64,000 nt of DNA from Minutocellus sp. GHC0000111. Lineage: Eukaryota. The stretch covers positions 6,448,001 through 6,512,000 of the forward strand of contig OZ361256.1 in NCBI GenBank assembly GCA_977018835.1. The letters run 5' to 3'. A program made the translations under genes and the position numbers. Positions 45,103 to 57,175 of this stretch are shown here, one piece after another. The first letter of the stretch is position 1; each line of letters opens with the position of its first letter. Under the pieces are notes generated by a model that searched no databases, had not been told where the DNA came from, and saw only the letters and a list, made by a program, of their open reading frames with translations.

Positions 45103-47328
45103 ATGAACGGTGGTGCAGCGGCCGGGGGCGCCATGGCGCCTGCATTCCCTGCCGCTGCCGCTCCCGCCAACGCCGAACACAAGCACTGCCGGCACTGCTC
45201 GAGTCCCTCCCTCGTCGTGGATTGGGCCCAGGGCGATCGGATCTGCACGGCCTGCGGCGTCGTCGACGAGGAGCACATCCGCGACGATGGGCCGGAGTGG
45301 CGGGACTACGCCAACGAGGACGACAACGGCGCCATGTACTCGGCGGCCGCCCGAACGGGACTGGTGCCGACCGACGAGACGAAATATTTGGGCGGGTTGC
45401 AGCCCACCATGCTGTCGCGGAATCCGTACGGTGGGTCGTACGGACCGGGCCGGGCCGTCAACGGTGAAACGGCCATGGCAGAATCCCGAATCCGAAGGAA
45501 GCTGCTGTCGACTAACCGCAAATTAGATAAGATGATGGAGGACAAGCATCGGGAGCAGATGGAGGAGGCACGATTGGCACGCAGAGTAATGGCCCGGCGT
45601 AGGAGGGAGGCTTCGCAGGCTCGAAGAATGGCGGCAGTAGCTGCAGAAGCAGCTGGGTTGGAGGGTGATATCGCCGATGTTGCATCTTCCTCCTCAGCGG
45701 CCAATCCAGCAGGCAATCCAGACACTATTGTTTCGTCAATGTCAGAACAACTCTCATATACTATTGATGATGATCTGTCGGCCATTGGTCGGGAGCATCT
45801 CGAGCTGGCTCAGAAAGAGGAAGATGCGGCACGGATCGACAGCGCGGCAGTTCTTGCCGATAAGTGGTCTTTGGATAGAGCCATTCTCTTGCATGGAACT
45901 CATGATGAGCAACGACCCGAGGATACATCCTTCCATCATCCCGCCATGGGTCAGTATCAACATCGCGACATTGAGGAAGAGCGGAAACAGCTCAACAAGA
46001 AGCTCAATGCGGATCAGAGAGCTGCGTCGGTCGATCTATACCGAGCGTCACGAATACTCCTCTTTGCGGTGAGGGAATTGGAACTACCCGATAGGGCCGT
46101 TAATGAGGCCACCACCATGTTGGTCAAGTATGCGGCCGCCAAGGATGGCTTCAAGGGTGTACGAGGTATATCGAGTCGGGCCACCCCTACTGGTACAAAC
46201 GGTGCCAGCAAAGATGACGTGGGATCAACTTCCTCGAAGAAGCGATTGGCCAAACAGAGAGACAGAAATAAGGTTCGCCAGATGACTGCGCTATCTTCGG
46301 CATTTATATATTTGTCGGCCAAAAAGCTGGGTCATGGCCGATCTTTGAAGGATGTTTGTGCCAGCTTTCGACCGGAGCATGATCGTTATGGTACCAATAA
46401 CGACGGGAAATCAAAACAATTATCTGCAAGCGACGAAAGCGTAATCAAGCCAAAGCACTGCTCTCGCGCAATGACGGAGATCAAGATTTTGTTTCCAGAA
46501 TATGTCAGGTCGGTGGCCGCCTGTCCAGCGACAAACGCGCCTGCTAATACTATCAATGCCAATAGTGTGGCGAATGGCAGCGCCCCAACATCACATTCTT
46601 TCGAGGCAACGGCATCTTTGACAACAGTATTTGGGCATAGGAGTGAGTCCGAAATCAATAATTTGGTCGAGCAGGCATGTCGCAAGTTGAACTTGCCGAA
46701 AGCAGCTCAAGTTGCGATTAGCAGGTTATCGATTCACTGTTTCAAGGAACAAGTCCAAATGGGAAGCAGTAGTTCGACGAAGCCAGCTACTCTATGTGCT
46801 GCTATGACACATTTGGCATGTCTCGCTGGATCTAGTATGCAGAATTTGGCTACACAGGCCCTCGCTCCGTCAGAGGAGCCGCAGCTGAAACGAAAGCACG
46901 TCCGTGCACGTGAGGTTGTGCGACCGGCAAAGAAGCAAAAGTTGAAAACATCTGGTGCTGACGCAACAAAAGATGATAGTTCCAAAACAGCATCCATCAA
47001 GAAAGAAAAGAAACCAGAAAAGCCAACCAAATTTGACCTAATGTCTCATGATGCCATTGAAATGGACGATGAAGTTTTGACCAAGGCAGAACAGGAGACA
47101 ATCAAGGTTTGGGACACATGGTATAGTCAGAAGAGCTGGGGGCGCGACATCAGCGTAATTGCCGATTCTTATTCTGCTTCGCAACCTACCGTGGCGGATT
47201 ATTACAAGAAACACGTCCACTATAGACGCAAACACCTGCTGGAGCTTCTCCAAGCCGATAGCATATCGGACTCGGCGGAGACGACGCTCTTGCTCAAAAG
47301 AATTGCGGCGGCCGCCCATTTGATATAG
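45103..47328 (+). CDS. TFIIB-like protein (zinc ribbon + divergent cyclin folds with long insertions)
   Basis: CRHC....LVVDWAQGDRICTACGVV.EEHI.D.GPEWRDY; later A..YLSAKK.G..RSLKDVC. Confidence 0.8.
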   Translation: MNGGAAAGGAMAPAFPAAAAPANAEHKHCRHCSSPSLVVDWAQGDRICTACGVVDEEHIRDDGPEWRDYANEDDNGAMYSAAARTGLVPTDETKYLGGLQPTMLSRNPYGGSYGPGRAVNGETAMAESRIRRKLLSTNRKLDKMMEDKHREQMEEARLARRVMARRRREASQARRMAAVAAEAAGLEGDIADVASSSSAANPAGNPDTIVSSMSEQLSYTIDDDLSAIGREHLELAQKEEDAARIDSAAVLADKWSLDRAILLHGTHDEQRPEDTSFHHPAMGQYQHRDIEEERKQLNKKLNADQRAASVDLYRASRILLFAVRELELPDRAVNEATTMLVKYAAAKDGFKGVRGISSRATPTGTNGASKDDVGSTSSKKRLAKQRDRNKVRQMTALSSAFIYLSAKKLGHGRSLKDVCASFRPEHDRYGTNNDGKSKQLSASDESVIKPKHCSRAMTEIKILFPEYVRSVAACPATNAPANTINANSVANGSAPTSHSFEATASLTTVFGHRSESEINNLVEQACRKLNLPKAAQVAISRLSIHCFKEQVQMGSSSSTKPATLCAAMTHLACLAGSSMQNLATQALAPSEEPQLKRKHVRAREVVRPAKKQKLKTSGADATKDDSSKTASIKKEKKPEKPTKFDLMSHDAIEMDDEVLTKAEQETIKVWDTWYSQKSWGRDISVIADSYSASQPTVADYYKKHVHYRRKHLLELLQADSISDSAETTLLLKRIAAAAHLI

Positions 47329-47400
47329 GTTTAATCATATGTAAATAGATGTAGTATTGAAGCCCAACTAACCTTTAACATGTGGCTAAAGTTTTGCGAT

Positions 47401-50400
47401 TTAAATACAATTTGCTGCAGATTCACAAAGTTGCTGAATCTCGACAGAGTTGCAAAGGCCCCTCACATGAATGATCTTGTTCATGTCTCGTGCAGCAACA
47501 GCTTCTTCTAATGCCTTCTTCCACATCTTTGCCTCGCAAAATAGGTCATACCGATCATCGGCTGGAACTCTTTCAATGTACCGAGTAATCTCGCCCAATG
47601 GTTGATTTCCAGCAATGGCTGCCATAGCAAAGGGTTTCAGCCCGATAGGATTCTTTTGGCGCGAGTCAGCTAGGTTCCGAAGGTTCGCCCACTGTCCGCT
47701 TTGACTAAAGGCTCGTACCTTGATGTGCCACAGCCGCTTTTCGGGAACTTTGTACCTCTTTGCAAGACGTTCAGCGTCGGCAAAAAGCTTGTGAGCTTCT
47801 CGTGGCTTGGTACCGGCATATCGAATCACGGACGAAATGGTGTTGGTGATGGAAGAACTCTCCGGTGCAACGTCATACGAATTATAGTTGTTCCTCAATC
47901 GCTCCTGTTCCGACAACAAATCGGCGTATTCATCCGCCGACGCCTTTTGGAACACACTCTCTTTGCCAAGGCCGTATACACGAGATGCTTCCTTTACCAT
48001 GGCGATGCGCTCACGAGAGCTTGCAGTATCAAGGGCAAGCCTTGCCATTGCCGTTCCACCACTGACGAACTTCTCCTTGCGCAGATATAAATTCATAATG
48101 TATTTCACATCTTGATTACTCGCGAGATACAGCATGTACATGTTGACAGCTTCAGCGGGGAACTTGGAAACCAAATTTTGATTGAAAGTAGCCATGGCTT
48201 GTTTCGGGTCATTCGTTGAGTTCTTGCAATGTTTTTGATATTCCACCAAGCATAAAAATAAGAGGTCGGTATCCTTGGCAGCAACTGCGACCGATGCGGC
48301 ATCTGCAAATAAGCCGATAGACAAGAGAGCCGGGACCTTATCAGCGGTACTGCTTTCTTGCATAAGAAGTAATTTGGCGACGGCGGTGCGTCCTGCCCGA
48401 TTCGCCGCAAGGGCAACACTGGCGTACGCTCCGCGATTGTGCGCCGGAGGAACAGTACCTCCCTTGGCGCCACCCATATCCGATGGGACTTCGTTCAGGA
48501 TTTGGATGGCAGCTTCCGCAGTTTCATGATCTGTTCGGCCCTTGCTACCTTCTGAGTTGACAAAGGCCGCCGCTCGTGATGCCCGTGCAAAGGCTTGCAC
48601 CGACTCATCCAGCTGCAGGTACGCACAAATCGAGGTAGCCAAGGCCGGCCGCTTCATTGTAATAAGACGAGCGATGATACCCGTCGGAGTAATGGAATCA
48701 TATTGTGAAGACGTAAGTACCAAACCAACCTTGGAATCTCGCAGCGCATTCATGACTCGTATCTTCCTCGCAGACGCGACAAAGGTAGAGGCTTCTGTCG
48801 TTGGCCGAATGCCAGATTCGGCCGAAGAACCGGCAAGAGGACCACCTAGAATGGCGTCACCATCTTTGTAAGAAAAATGCATTCCATAAGAAGCCGCTCG
48901 GAGCAGTCTCTTCTGTGTTTTGACATCAAACTCTCTTGTTGCTGCCTCTGTGCAGGTAATGATGGCCTCGCCTAGCATCCCAGTCTTGGTGATTGCTCGA
49001 GCAGCTTCGTCAGACGAGGGAGAACCCTTTTCAAAGTCATCAGATGCATCCAAAAGCATAGCGCTAGGTTCAATCGATCCGATGCGGAACAATTCCGCAG
49101 TCGCCGGCGGTACGCGCTGCAACATTTCCATCCTATTGTTGGTAACGACGCGACAGCAATCAATCTCAGGGATAATGTACAAGTTTTCCTCACCCTCATA
49201 GGGGAATCTCAGCCAATCACCGTATGGACCGACCATCAACACACCAAGATTTTTCCAATGCAAAACGACACTGTCCTCCCCGCACCATTGCATGTCCTTG
49301 GGAGGTGCCGACGATCCCTCTGAGGTATCAAAGTCCAGCACCTTCGTCTCGAACGTTGTGGAAATGACAGTGAGAAGGGAATTCTGAGTAAAGCACGCCA
49401 AGAAGCGTCCGTTCGGAGCAAAGGACATGCCTAAAATGGGAGATTGCATCCTGGCCCGGCAATCCACATCAGAAATATCGCCTGTGGTGCTGTCCACAAT
49501 CAAGACGGAGTTGTCCGAAGTGGAAAGGAATAGTTCTGGATGGCCCGTCGCCGTGTGCTTTCCGGGCAGTACAGCAAGAGCGCAATACGAATAGTAATTC
49601 TTCTGCGCATGAGCTGCCGTCGGGAGTGGCGTGACGATGGCCCAATGCGGAGGCAATACCCCCGCCCGGGCCGAACCGAACATATCGCCCATCTCAACAC
49701 TGTCAACACTTCCTGCGGCCGTTACGGTAATGTCCGGTGGACCAGTGCCACCGGCAGCTCCACTCCCGGCTCCACTGGCGTGGCCCTCGGGGTTGATCCT
49801 CCTCGAAGCGATGTGAGCCCCGTCGGCGTAGGCAGCATCGTCGTGCTCATCTAGTAGTTCCACAATGGCAGTCGACATGGCGCTAGACAGAACGGCGACG
49901 CCGTCACCGTACACCGTTGCTTCCATCAGCTCGACCGACCCAGGACCACGCTTACTGCCATACTCTTCAGGTATGATGTGAAACGGAGGAAGGATGGCCG
50001 TGCCGGCAACGTCATACGTCAGGCAAAGCGAATCCCGCATAATGACCACCAGGATGCACCGATCGGTAAAGCCAATGGTCAGGACGTCGGACGAGGTGTA
50101 GATGCGCTTGTGTGGGTTGTGCGCCAGGGATCGCGGTGGGAAATCAAACTGGGCCAAAGGCCGGCCGGAACTGGTCATGATGCGCAGCTCCGACGTGGAC
50201 AGTGCCGAGGTGGTACCGCACGTGATGGCGGCGATCGGACCACCGTTGGGACAGCCAGCCACCTTGGTCGTTGTGGATTTGGACAGCAGCTGCCGGAGAT
50301 CGGCTTCGTCCAGCCCAGTCCGACGTTGAGATTGCAGATAGGAAAGCGGTATCGATGTCAGACCATTGTTGGCCAGAGGATCATCGCCCGATGTGTCGTA

Positions 50401-50859
50401 CGTGTCTCCTCGGTCCCGGCTTCTATCACCACTGCCGCCGCTGCCCTTGATGGGACGCTTGTTCCACTGAATATTCTTGTACATGGTCACCCGCCGGTAG
50501 GGCAAGTCGCCCAGATACTGCCACGACGCCTCGATCGGTGCATCGGGATTGGGGGCCGAGCTGTCCCTCGTGGACGAACTGCCCCCCGAAGAGGACGAAG
50601 CATCGTCATCGTACGAGTACTCGTCGTCGTCGCTGTCCGTTTCGTCAGCACCTCCATAATCATCGGCCGAACTGGCACCTCCGTCGGTTACCATACCCGA
50701 CGCAAATGCCGGTGGATTATTGGCAGCTGCTGGAGCAATGGAATCGTTATCAAACGGATTCGTCGAGGCAAGCCCCGCGGCACCAGCACCGGCAGGGACC
50801 ACCGGTCGGTCGTCGTCGTATCCGTCGTCGAATGGGTTCGTTCCAGTACCAGCGGCCAT
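47401..50859 (-). CDS. VPS16: Vacuolar protein sorting 16 (HOPS/CORVET subunit)
   Basis: CPNGGPIA, APNGRFLA, MQWCGEDSV, EIDCCRV, QKRLLRAASYG, KVPEKRLWHIKVRA..W..L, PIG..PF. Confidence 0.92.
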   Translation of the reverse strand: MAAGTGTNPFDDGYDDDRPVVPAGAGAAGLASTNPFDNDSIAPAAANNPPAFASGMVTDGGASSADDYGGADETDSDDDEYSYDDDASSSSGGSSSTRDSSAPNPDAPIEASWQYLGDLPYRRVTMYKNIQWNKRPIKGSGGSGDRSRDRGDTYDTSGDDPLANNGLTSIPLSYLQSQRRTGLDEADLRQLLSKSTTTKVAGCPNGGPIAAITCGTTSALSTSELRIMTSSGRPLAQFDFPPRSLAHNPHKRIYTSSDVLTIGFTDRCILVVIMRDSLCLTYDVAGTAILPPFHIIPEEYGSKRGPGSVELMEATVYGDGVAVLSSAMSTAIVELLDEHDDAAYADGAHIASRRINPEGHASGAGSGAAGGTGPPDITVTAAGSVDSVEMGDMFGSARAGVLPPHWAIVTPLPTAAHAQKNYYSYCALAVLPGKHTATGHPELFLSTSDNSVLIVDSTTGDISDVDCRARMQSPILGMSFAPNGRFLACFTQNSLLTVISTTFETKVLDFDTSEGSSAPPKDMQWCGEDSVVLHWKNLGVLMVGPYGDWLRFPYEGEENLYIIPEIDCCRVVTNNRMEMLQRVPPATAELFRIGSIEPSAMLLDASDDFEKGSPSSDEAARAITKTGMLGEAIITCTEAATREFDVKTQKRLLRAASYGMHFSYKDGDAILGGPLAGSSAESGIRPTTEASTFVASARKIRVMNALRDSKVGLVLTSSQYDSITPTGIIARLITMKRPALATSICAYLQLDESVQAFARASRAAAFVNSEGSKGRTDHETAEAAIQILNEVPSDMGGAKGGTVPPAHNRGAYASVALAANRAGRTAVAKLLLMQESSTADKVPALLSIGLFADAASVAVAAKDTDLLFLCLVEYQKHCKNSTNDPKQAMATFNQNLVSKFPAEAVNMYMLYLASNQDVKYIMNLYLRKEKFVSGGTAMARLALDTASSRERIAMVKEASRVYGLGKESVFQKASADEYADLLSEQERLRNNYNSYDVAPESSSITNTISSVIRYAGTKPREAHKLFADAERLAKRYKVPEKRLWHIKVRAFSQSGQWANLRNLADSRQKNPIGLKPFAMAAIAGNQPLGEITRYIERVPADDRYDLFCEAKMWKKALEEAVAARDMNKIIHVRGLCNSVEIQQLCESAANCI

Positions 50860-51454
50860 TATACGGTGACTTGTTTGTTCGAGATAGACCAAAACCAGTG
50901 GGAAATTCAATTATAGCGCGGTTACAGGAGAAGAGAATTCTAGAATAGAGTGGTGCTTTAATGGAGGAATAAGCATTGGATACTGGCATGTGTATCCTAG
51001 CCACGCAAGCGAATGACCAGCCAACCGGCCAACACAAGATGTGCCGTTGCGTTTCAGGGGGAAGTTCAGACTGGTACCCCGATCCTATACTGATTAAGGG
51101 GATAAGGGGCTAAGGGGCAATCGAATACTACGTAGTAAACGGGAGATCCCCTGGAAGAAATCATAACCCTAATTCTTTTAGGGCTTCAAGAAATTTGAAT
51201 TGAACGGTTCGGCTGTCGCCATCGCTGAAGCAACGGGCACAACAAACGTGGGGTTAGTGCGTGGTGCGCGTATCTCACTATGTCAGTTTGTGAAGCCGTT
51301 TTGATCATCTCGTTTATCTTGTCTCTTCCAAATAAATAATTGAGTACAGTCGGTAAGCAGGTCGCTCAGCGTTGGGAGCTCGTTGCCTCTATTGACATAT
51401 TATTTCCGGTTGAAAGTAGCATATTCAGACATTGATCTTTCCCTACTTTCCAGC

Positions 51455-54001
51455 ATGCCTCAACCCCGTCGTCGAGCTTTGGCAGCTGCCTCGGGGGGAA
51501 GCTCCCGCCGACGTCCATCACCACCGTCTTTGTCGATGTCGTCGTCACACGAGTATACCACATCGCTCACGTCAAATTCTCCGCGTGGAAGTAGCGACAA
51601 GGGGCCGTCGTCGAGCACAAGCAGTAGCGATGGCAACAGCAGCAGCAGTGGCGATAATGAGAACCCACGCCGTAGCAAAAGTGTTCGAATCGCTTCAGAA
51701 GCTGTCATTATCACAGCAGCCGACAAGATATTATCACCAACGACAGCAGCAGCCGCAGGAGGAGGGCCGGTATCTGCCCTGCCACCCAGCGTATCCGAGA
51801 GCGATCTGTCGTCCGAGGATGGAGATGATCATCAAGATTCGATCGAGACATCGACCACCCCCACGGTCCACATTGCTACGCATCAACGCAGGGGGCGGAT
51901 CCAGTACACGACCGACACACACATGACATCGTCCAACAATGGTAGTAGCGACGAATCGTCACACTTCAACGAAAACGACGACGACGACGACCAATCCATG
52001 ACGTCCAACGCGACGGACCCACTGGTGACCACTCCCATCATCCGGCGGAGGAGGCGGATTGGCCGTCCCTTCACGGCAAGCTCTCCCATGGGTTGGAACG
52101 AGGAGTATCTAGCCTCACCGGTGTCGCCTACCAAGAAGTCCAAGACGGAGCCAATTCGAAGCAGCGCCAACATCAACAAGCAAGAAGAAGAAGATGATAT
52201 CGATACTAGTACGGAGGATGATGAGTTCCCTTTGATCGACCAAAAATGTACCAGTGAAGACGATACCATCGCCATGCCATCGTTGGGTGTGGATACACAA
52301 TCGAAAGCACCAGATATGCCGCTGTCGCCTCCACAAGAGCTTCGACGCCGGCGCCGTCGCCGTGGGAGGAAGATTGCAGGTGCCAGCACTACATGTAGCA
52401 GAAGAACAACTATGGCAGACGCCGAATATGAGAATAATGGCAGCGAAACAAAGAAGAACGACCACCAATTCATGTCCTTCTCGGCCTTCCGGATCAACTA
52501 CCTCATCGTTCACATTGCCATCATGCTGGCCGACGGACTTCAGGGGACCCACCTGTACGTCCTGTATGAAGGATACGGCTACTCCGTCGCATCGTTGTAC
52601 TGTCTGGGCTTTTTGACGGGTGCCGTCACGTCGCCCTTTATTGGTCCGTTCGTGGACAAGATTGGAAGGAAGAAGGCGGCCATGCTGTACTGCTCGCTGG
52701 AGATGTTCATCAATTGGTTGGAGCAGTTTCCGTACTTTTACGGTCTGATTGTGAGCCGTGTGATTGGCGGCATCACGACCAATCTGTTGTTTTCTGTCTT
52801 TGAGAGCTGGTTGGTCACCGAGCATCGCCGCCGGGGCTACGCCGAGGAGAAGCTGGAGACGATATTGCGCGACTCGGTGATTTTGAGCAACCTGGCGGCG
52901 ATTGCATCTGGCTTTTTGGCGGAGTTCTTGGCTGTGAAGTTTGGTCCTGTGGGGCCGTTTGAGGGCGCCGTGACGTGCACGGCGATCGCTCTGGTGCTGG
53001 TATCGACCATGTGGCGAGAGAACTACGGCAGCGATGTGCCGGGCGTGCAGAGCGTCCGTGGGTACATGTCGAGTGCGTTCGAGACGATAGTGACGGATAC
53101 GAACATCTCTCGCATTGGTTTGATTCAGGGTCTAACGGAAGGGTCGTTGCAGACGTTTGTGTTTCTGTGGTCTCCAGCGTTGGCTCGGTTTGCTGCCAAT
53201 GCTCCGTCGAATGTCCTTGGTCTGGATGGCAATGGTGAGCCGGCGTATGGTGTGATCTTTGGTGCATTCATGGCGTGTGGCGTCGCCGGTGGTCTGTCGG
53301 AGCCGTATGTGCGTCAAGTGGCAACCTACTTGGTCCGTGATCATGATCGGCGAGCTGGATTGCGTCGTCGTGATACCATCATTATTGATGGCGAAGGCGA
53401 GGTGAAGCCGGCCGCTGTGGAGTTTCTGGCGACGGGAGTGTATTTGGCTTGCGCAGGGTTGTTGATGGTGCCGTACTTGGTGCCAGCAGATGGCGAATAC
53501 TCGTTCAGTATATCTTTGTTGTCGTTTTTGGTGTATGAGTTCATGGTGGGTCTGTACATGCCCTGTGAAGGTGTGATTCGATCGATCTACATGCCAACGT
53601 CGTCTGTTTGCTCCGTGATGACGATGCTTCGAGTGATTGTGAACATCGCCGTGGCGTTGGGCGTAATCTCGACGAACTACGTGCCATTCACGACGGCATT
53701 TGCGGCAGTGTCGACGTTGATGATGATATCGGCGGGCATTCAGCTGTCGATGGTGGACAACAAGGAGTGGAGGAACTTTGTGAGGCGAATGAGTTCAATA
53801 CATGAACACACCTTCAATTCTTTTCATAGCTCCCATGTGATTGGCGATGGCGACATTCAAGCTACATTGAAAGAATTGAAGCAATTGATTCCAGCAGGGA
53901 AGGACAGTGACGATGTGGCCTCTTCAGCTCCACCAGGGACGAGAATGTCGCCCAACACCTCAATCAATTCAGATTTTGATGCCACACCGGTACCACCTTA
54001 A
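51455..54001 (+). CDS. MFSD5: MFSD5/MOT2-family MFS transporter (putative molybdate-anion transporter), copy A
   Basis: YLIVH...MLADGLQGTHLYVLY..YG, GGITTNLLFSVFESWLV.EH, EGS...FVFLWSP; long disordered N-terminus. Confidence 0.88.
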   Translation: MPQPRRRALAAASGGSSRRRPSPPSLSMSSSHEYTTSLTSNSPRGSSDKGPSSSTSSSDGNSSSSGDNENPRRSKSVRIASEAVIITAADKILSPTTAAAAGGGPVSALPPSVSESDLSSEDGDDHQDSIETSTTPTVHIATHQRRGRIQYTTDTHMTSSNNGSSDESSHFNENDDDDDQSMTSNATDPLVTTPIIRRRRRIGRPFTASSPMGWNEEYLASPVSPTKKSKTEPIRSSANINKQEEEDDIDTSTEDDEFPLIDQKCTSEDDTIAMPSLGVDTQSKAPDMPLSPPQELRRRRRRRGRKIAGASTTCSRRTTMADAEYENNGSETKKNDHQFMSFSAFRINYLIVHIAIMLADGLQGTHLYVLYEGYGYSVASLYCLGFLTGAVTSPFIGPFVDKIGRKKAAMLYCSLEMFINWLEQFPYFYGLIVSRVIGGITTNLLFSVFESWLVTEHRRRGYAEEKLETILRDSVILSNLAAIASGFLAEFLAVKFGPVGPFEGAVTCTAIALVLVSTMWRENYGSDVPGVQSVRGYMSSAFETIVTDTNISRIGLIQGLTEGSLQTFVFLWSPALARFAANAPSNVLGLDGNGEPAYGVIFGAFMACGVAGGLSEPYVRQVATYLVRDHDRRAGLRRRDTIIIDGEGEVKPAAVEFLATGVYLACAGLLMVPYLVPADGEYSFSISLLSFLVYEFMVGLYMPCEGVIRSIYMPTSSVCSVMTMLRVIVNIAVALGVISTNYVPFTTAFAAVSTLMMISAGIQLSMVDNKEWRNFVRRMSSIHEHTFNSFHSSHVIGDGDIQATLKELKQLIPAGKDSDDVASSAPPGTRMSPNTSINSDFDATPVPP

Positions 54002-54273
54002 TTTGTGCTTCAGACGAGGAGCAATTCAATCTTTGTTCTTAGATTTACATGTATGGATTTAGATTGCTATACATATTATTAAGTAGCTAGCTAGAGGTGT
54101 CAATAGACGATTGCTACATGTAGATCTAGATCTATCGGTACCCCATCGACATTGCTCTCTCTCTCGGGCGTCTCGGGCCCATCGCTCTCGCTCATTCAAA
54201 CGTCAGGACCAATCTCCCCGATGATGGGAGGCAAAACGACACAAAACGGTAGTGACATCCGTGTGAGAGCAAG

Positions 54274-56798
54274 ATGGTATCCGCCGCCGTTGCCGCCGCC
54301 CCAACGGCGGTATCATCCCATCCTACCGGCAAAATGAAGCCCTCCGATATGGAAAAATGGAAGAGGGCCTTCGCCAGGGCGAGCTCGTACAAGACCCGAC
54401 CGTCAACTGTAGCGGCAACCGAGTTCTTTGATCAGGCCAACACTTCCGCCGAAAATAATAGTAACGTTGCATCCTCGGAGAGATGGAGGACGCTCCCCGA
54501 CCGTCTGGTTGAGCTGAGCAATCGGCTCTGTGATGGATCCGATCACGTCCAATCGGAGAGGGATCGTCTGGCTTTTACGGCGGCGGTGTTTGCCGCGGCA
54601 CCACCGGATTTTCTCGAATCCTTCCGGGACATGTTTGCTGCGGCTCTGACCGTGCGTCAGGCCCGATGGAACCATGATTCGCAGGACGAAGACGAAGAAG
54701 ATGCCAACGAAATGGAAAGTCTCAGCCCGCCCTTCAATGAGTCAGATGTGTATGAGGCCCTCCGAACTCTGGGCTGGATCCAAACCAAGCTGGCCAAGCC
54801 GATGGGTGAGGCCTTACATGATACTATCCTGTCGGCCGTTCGGGACATGGTGGGTGGTGAGTTCGAGGATGGGACCATGCTGGAGCAGGTGGCCCAAACC
54901 TGGAAGGATACCGTCATCGTGCCGTGGGTTCGCGATGTGGTCGGGTCGGACGCCTACAAGACTGACGCCTGGGAGTCCAAGCTTGACTTTGCCGTGGCCG
55001 AATGCTTCGCTACCATCCGTATTGGAGAGATATTTGACATCGTTGCTACATTTCCGGATTCCCTGCCGGCCGTCCATGAATTGCGCGATGCGTTGGACCG
55101 AACCCGTATGCACACCAAGCTAGCTACCGAGCTTAGGGCAAGTCTGAGCCGAAGATTGATCCATCCCGGTGCCAATACGTCGCAAATTATCTCGGTCTAC
55201 TGCAATGTCATCAAGCTGCTCCGAGAGATAGATCCCTCCGATGGACTTTTGGATGTGGTAGCGGAGCCGGTTCGATCCTACCTCCGGGGGAGAAATGATA
55301 CCGTCCGGTGCATCGTCACCAGCCTGACCGATGAAAAGGCCGGCGGCGATCTGTACGAAGAACTTCGTAGGCAAGATGCTCGACCCCTTGAACAAGCCCA
55401 GCTGGATTCCGACGATGAGGGCGATGCTCCTGACTATGACTGGTCACCGCCTCCATCCCTCTTCAAACAACGGGGTACCATGGGATATGTATCTCAATCA
55501 GGCGGCACTGGTGACATATTGTCGATGCTCGTTGGTATTTACGGCAGCAAGGAGCTGTTTGTCAACGAATATCGCGTCATGCTGGCCGACAAGCTACTGG
55601 CCAATCTCGATTTCGACACCGACAAGGAAGTTCANNNNNNNNNNNNNNNNNNNNNNNNNNNNNNNNNNNNNNNNNNNNNNNNNNNNNNNNNNNNNNNNNN
55701 NNNNNNNNNNNNNNNNNNNNNNNNNNNNNNNNNNNNNNNNNNNNNNNNNNNNNNNNNNNNNNNNNNNNNNNNNNNNNNNNNNNNNNNNNNNNNNNNNNNN
55801 NNNNNNNNNNNNNNNNNNNNNNNNNNNNNNNNNNGGAAGTTCACAATCTTGAGCTTCTCAAACTGCGCTTCGGCGAGCTAAGTATGAGGCAGTGCGAGAT
55901 CATGATCAAGGATATCGATGACTCCAAGCGCATCAATAGTAATATCCGCGAAACTATAGTGGAGAAGAAGAAGAGGCGCAAGGAGGACCAACAAAAGAAG
56001 AAGCGCAAAAAAACACAGCAACCACCGGAACCAGCCGAGGTGGACGAGCCCGTGGTGGACTGTGCCATTGTGTCGCATATCTTCTGGCCGGCCTTGCAGA
56101 AGGAACAATTCAAGAATCATCCCCGCATCGAATCGCAGCTGGATGAATTCAGTTTGGAGTATGCAGCCTTCAAGAACCCCAGACGGCTCATTTGGCACCA
56201 GATTCTGGGCACCGTCCAAATCGAGCTAGAAGTTGTCGATGAAGATGGAGGCAGCAGTCATATGCAAGAATTCACATGCTCCACTCTGCATGCAACGCTT
56301 ATATCTCACTTTGAGGACAAGCAACAGTGGACACTTGAAGATTTAGCGAGTGAAACTGGCTTGTCAGAGGATGTTGTGCGGAAGAAGATGGGCTACTGGA
56401 TCAATAATCGTGTGGTGCAGTTGGTCAAGGGCAAGTCAGGCGGTGCAACTGTAACCAGGTACGAGCTCACCTCGGTAGACGAACTTGCCGATACCGAGCA
56501 TGACTCGGCTGCTGATTCCGACTACTACGAAGATGACGGAGAAGACCAAGCCTTATCAGCACGAGCTCAGCAGGCCGAGGAGATGCAGGTCTACGAGAGT
56601 TACATTTTTGGAATGTTGACCAATCTTGGCCAGCTACCGCTGGATCGGATTCACAACAACCTCAAGATGTTTGCTAGCGGTTCGGACCACAAATATGACA
56701 AGACAGCCCGGCAACTGAGCAGTTTTCTACAGAAGCTATGCAAGGAGGAAAAGCTCGAGTGTGCAGCTGATGGCATGTATCGGGTTTTGAAGAAGTAA
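54274..56798 (+). CDS. ANAPC2: Anaphase-promoting complex subunit 2 (cullin-like), interrupted by an assembly gap
   Basis: RLIHPGANTSQII, YLRGRNDTVRCIV, DILSMLVGIYGSKELFVNEYR.MLADKLL, ELLKLRFGE, CEIMIKDI.DSKRIN, YIFGMLTN. Confidence 0.93.
55635..55834. other. 200-N scaffold gap; true size probably zero
   Basis: ggaagttca is present on both sides; merging gives DKEVHNLELLKLRFGE in frame. Confidence 0.9.
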
Positions 56799-57175
56799 TT
56801 GGGTACCGGTAGACATACATGCCTCTAAAATTATAGAGAAGTTTATCACGCCTCAAAATCAGCATACTTTCCGACTGATGATGATATGATCCGATCCGCT
56901 TGGCATCTCTGACTACTCTCTGACATCTACCAATTGGTATCTGGCATCATCATCTGGCGCGGAAACGATAAAACGTCGGTGGTATGGTTTTTGGTTTCCG
57001 TCGCGTCATTATGACAATCAATGGGTTATGAGGCAACCACGGAGCAGCAATCTTCATCTGCGCATTTTTCGAGCTCTGTGGCGCAAGGCGACCATTGCAG
57101 CAACCATTGCGTTGCGTACACATTGCGTTGCGTACACACGTACTCTACTCTAGAGTACGACCAAGCAGCCAAATC

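Noticed and set aside
55635..55834. Apparent split of APC2 into two ORFs
   Set aside because: Scaffold gap with overlapping flanks (ggaagttca); merging them restores one frame.
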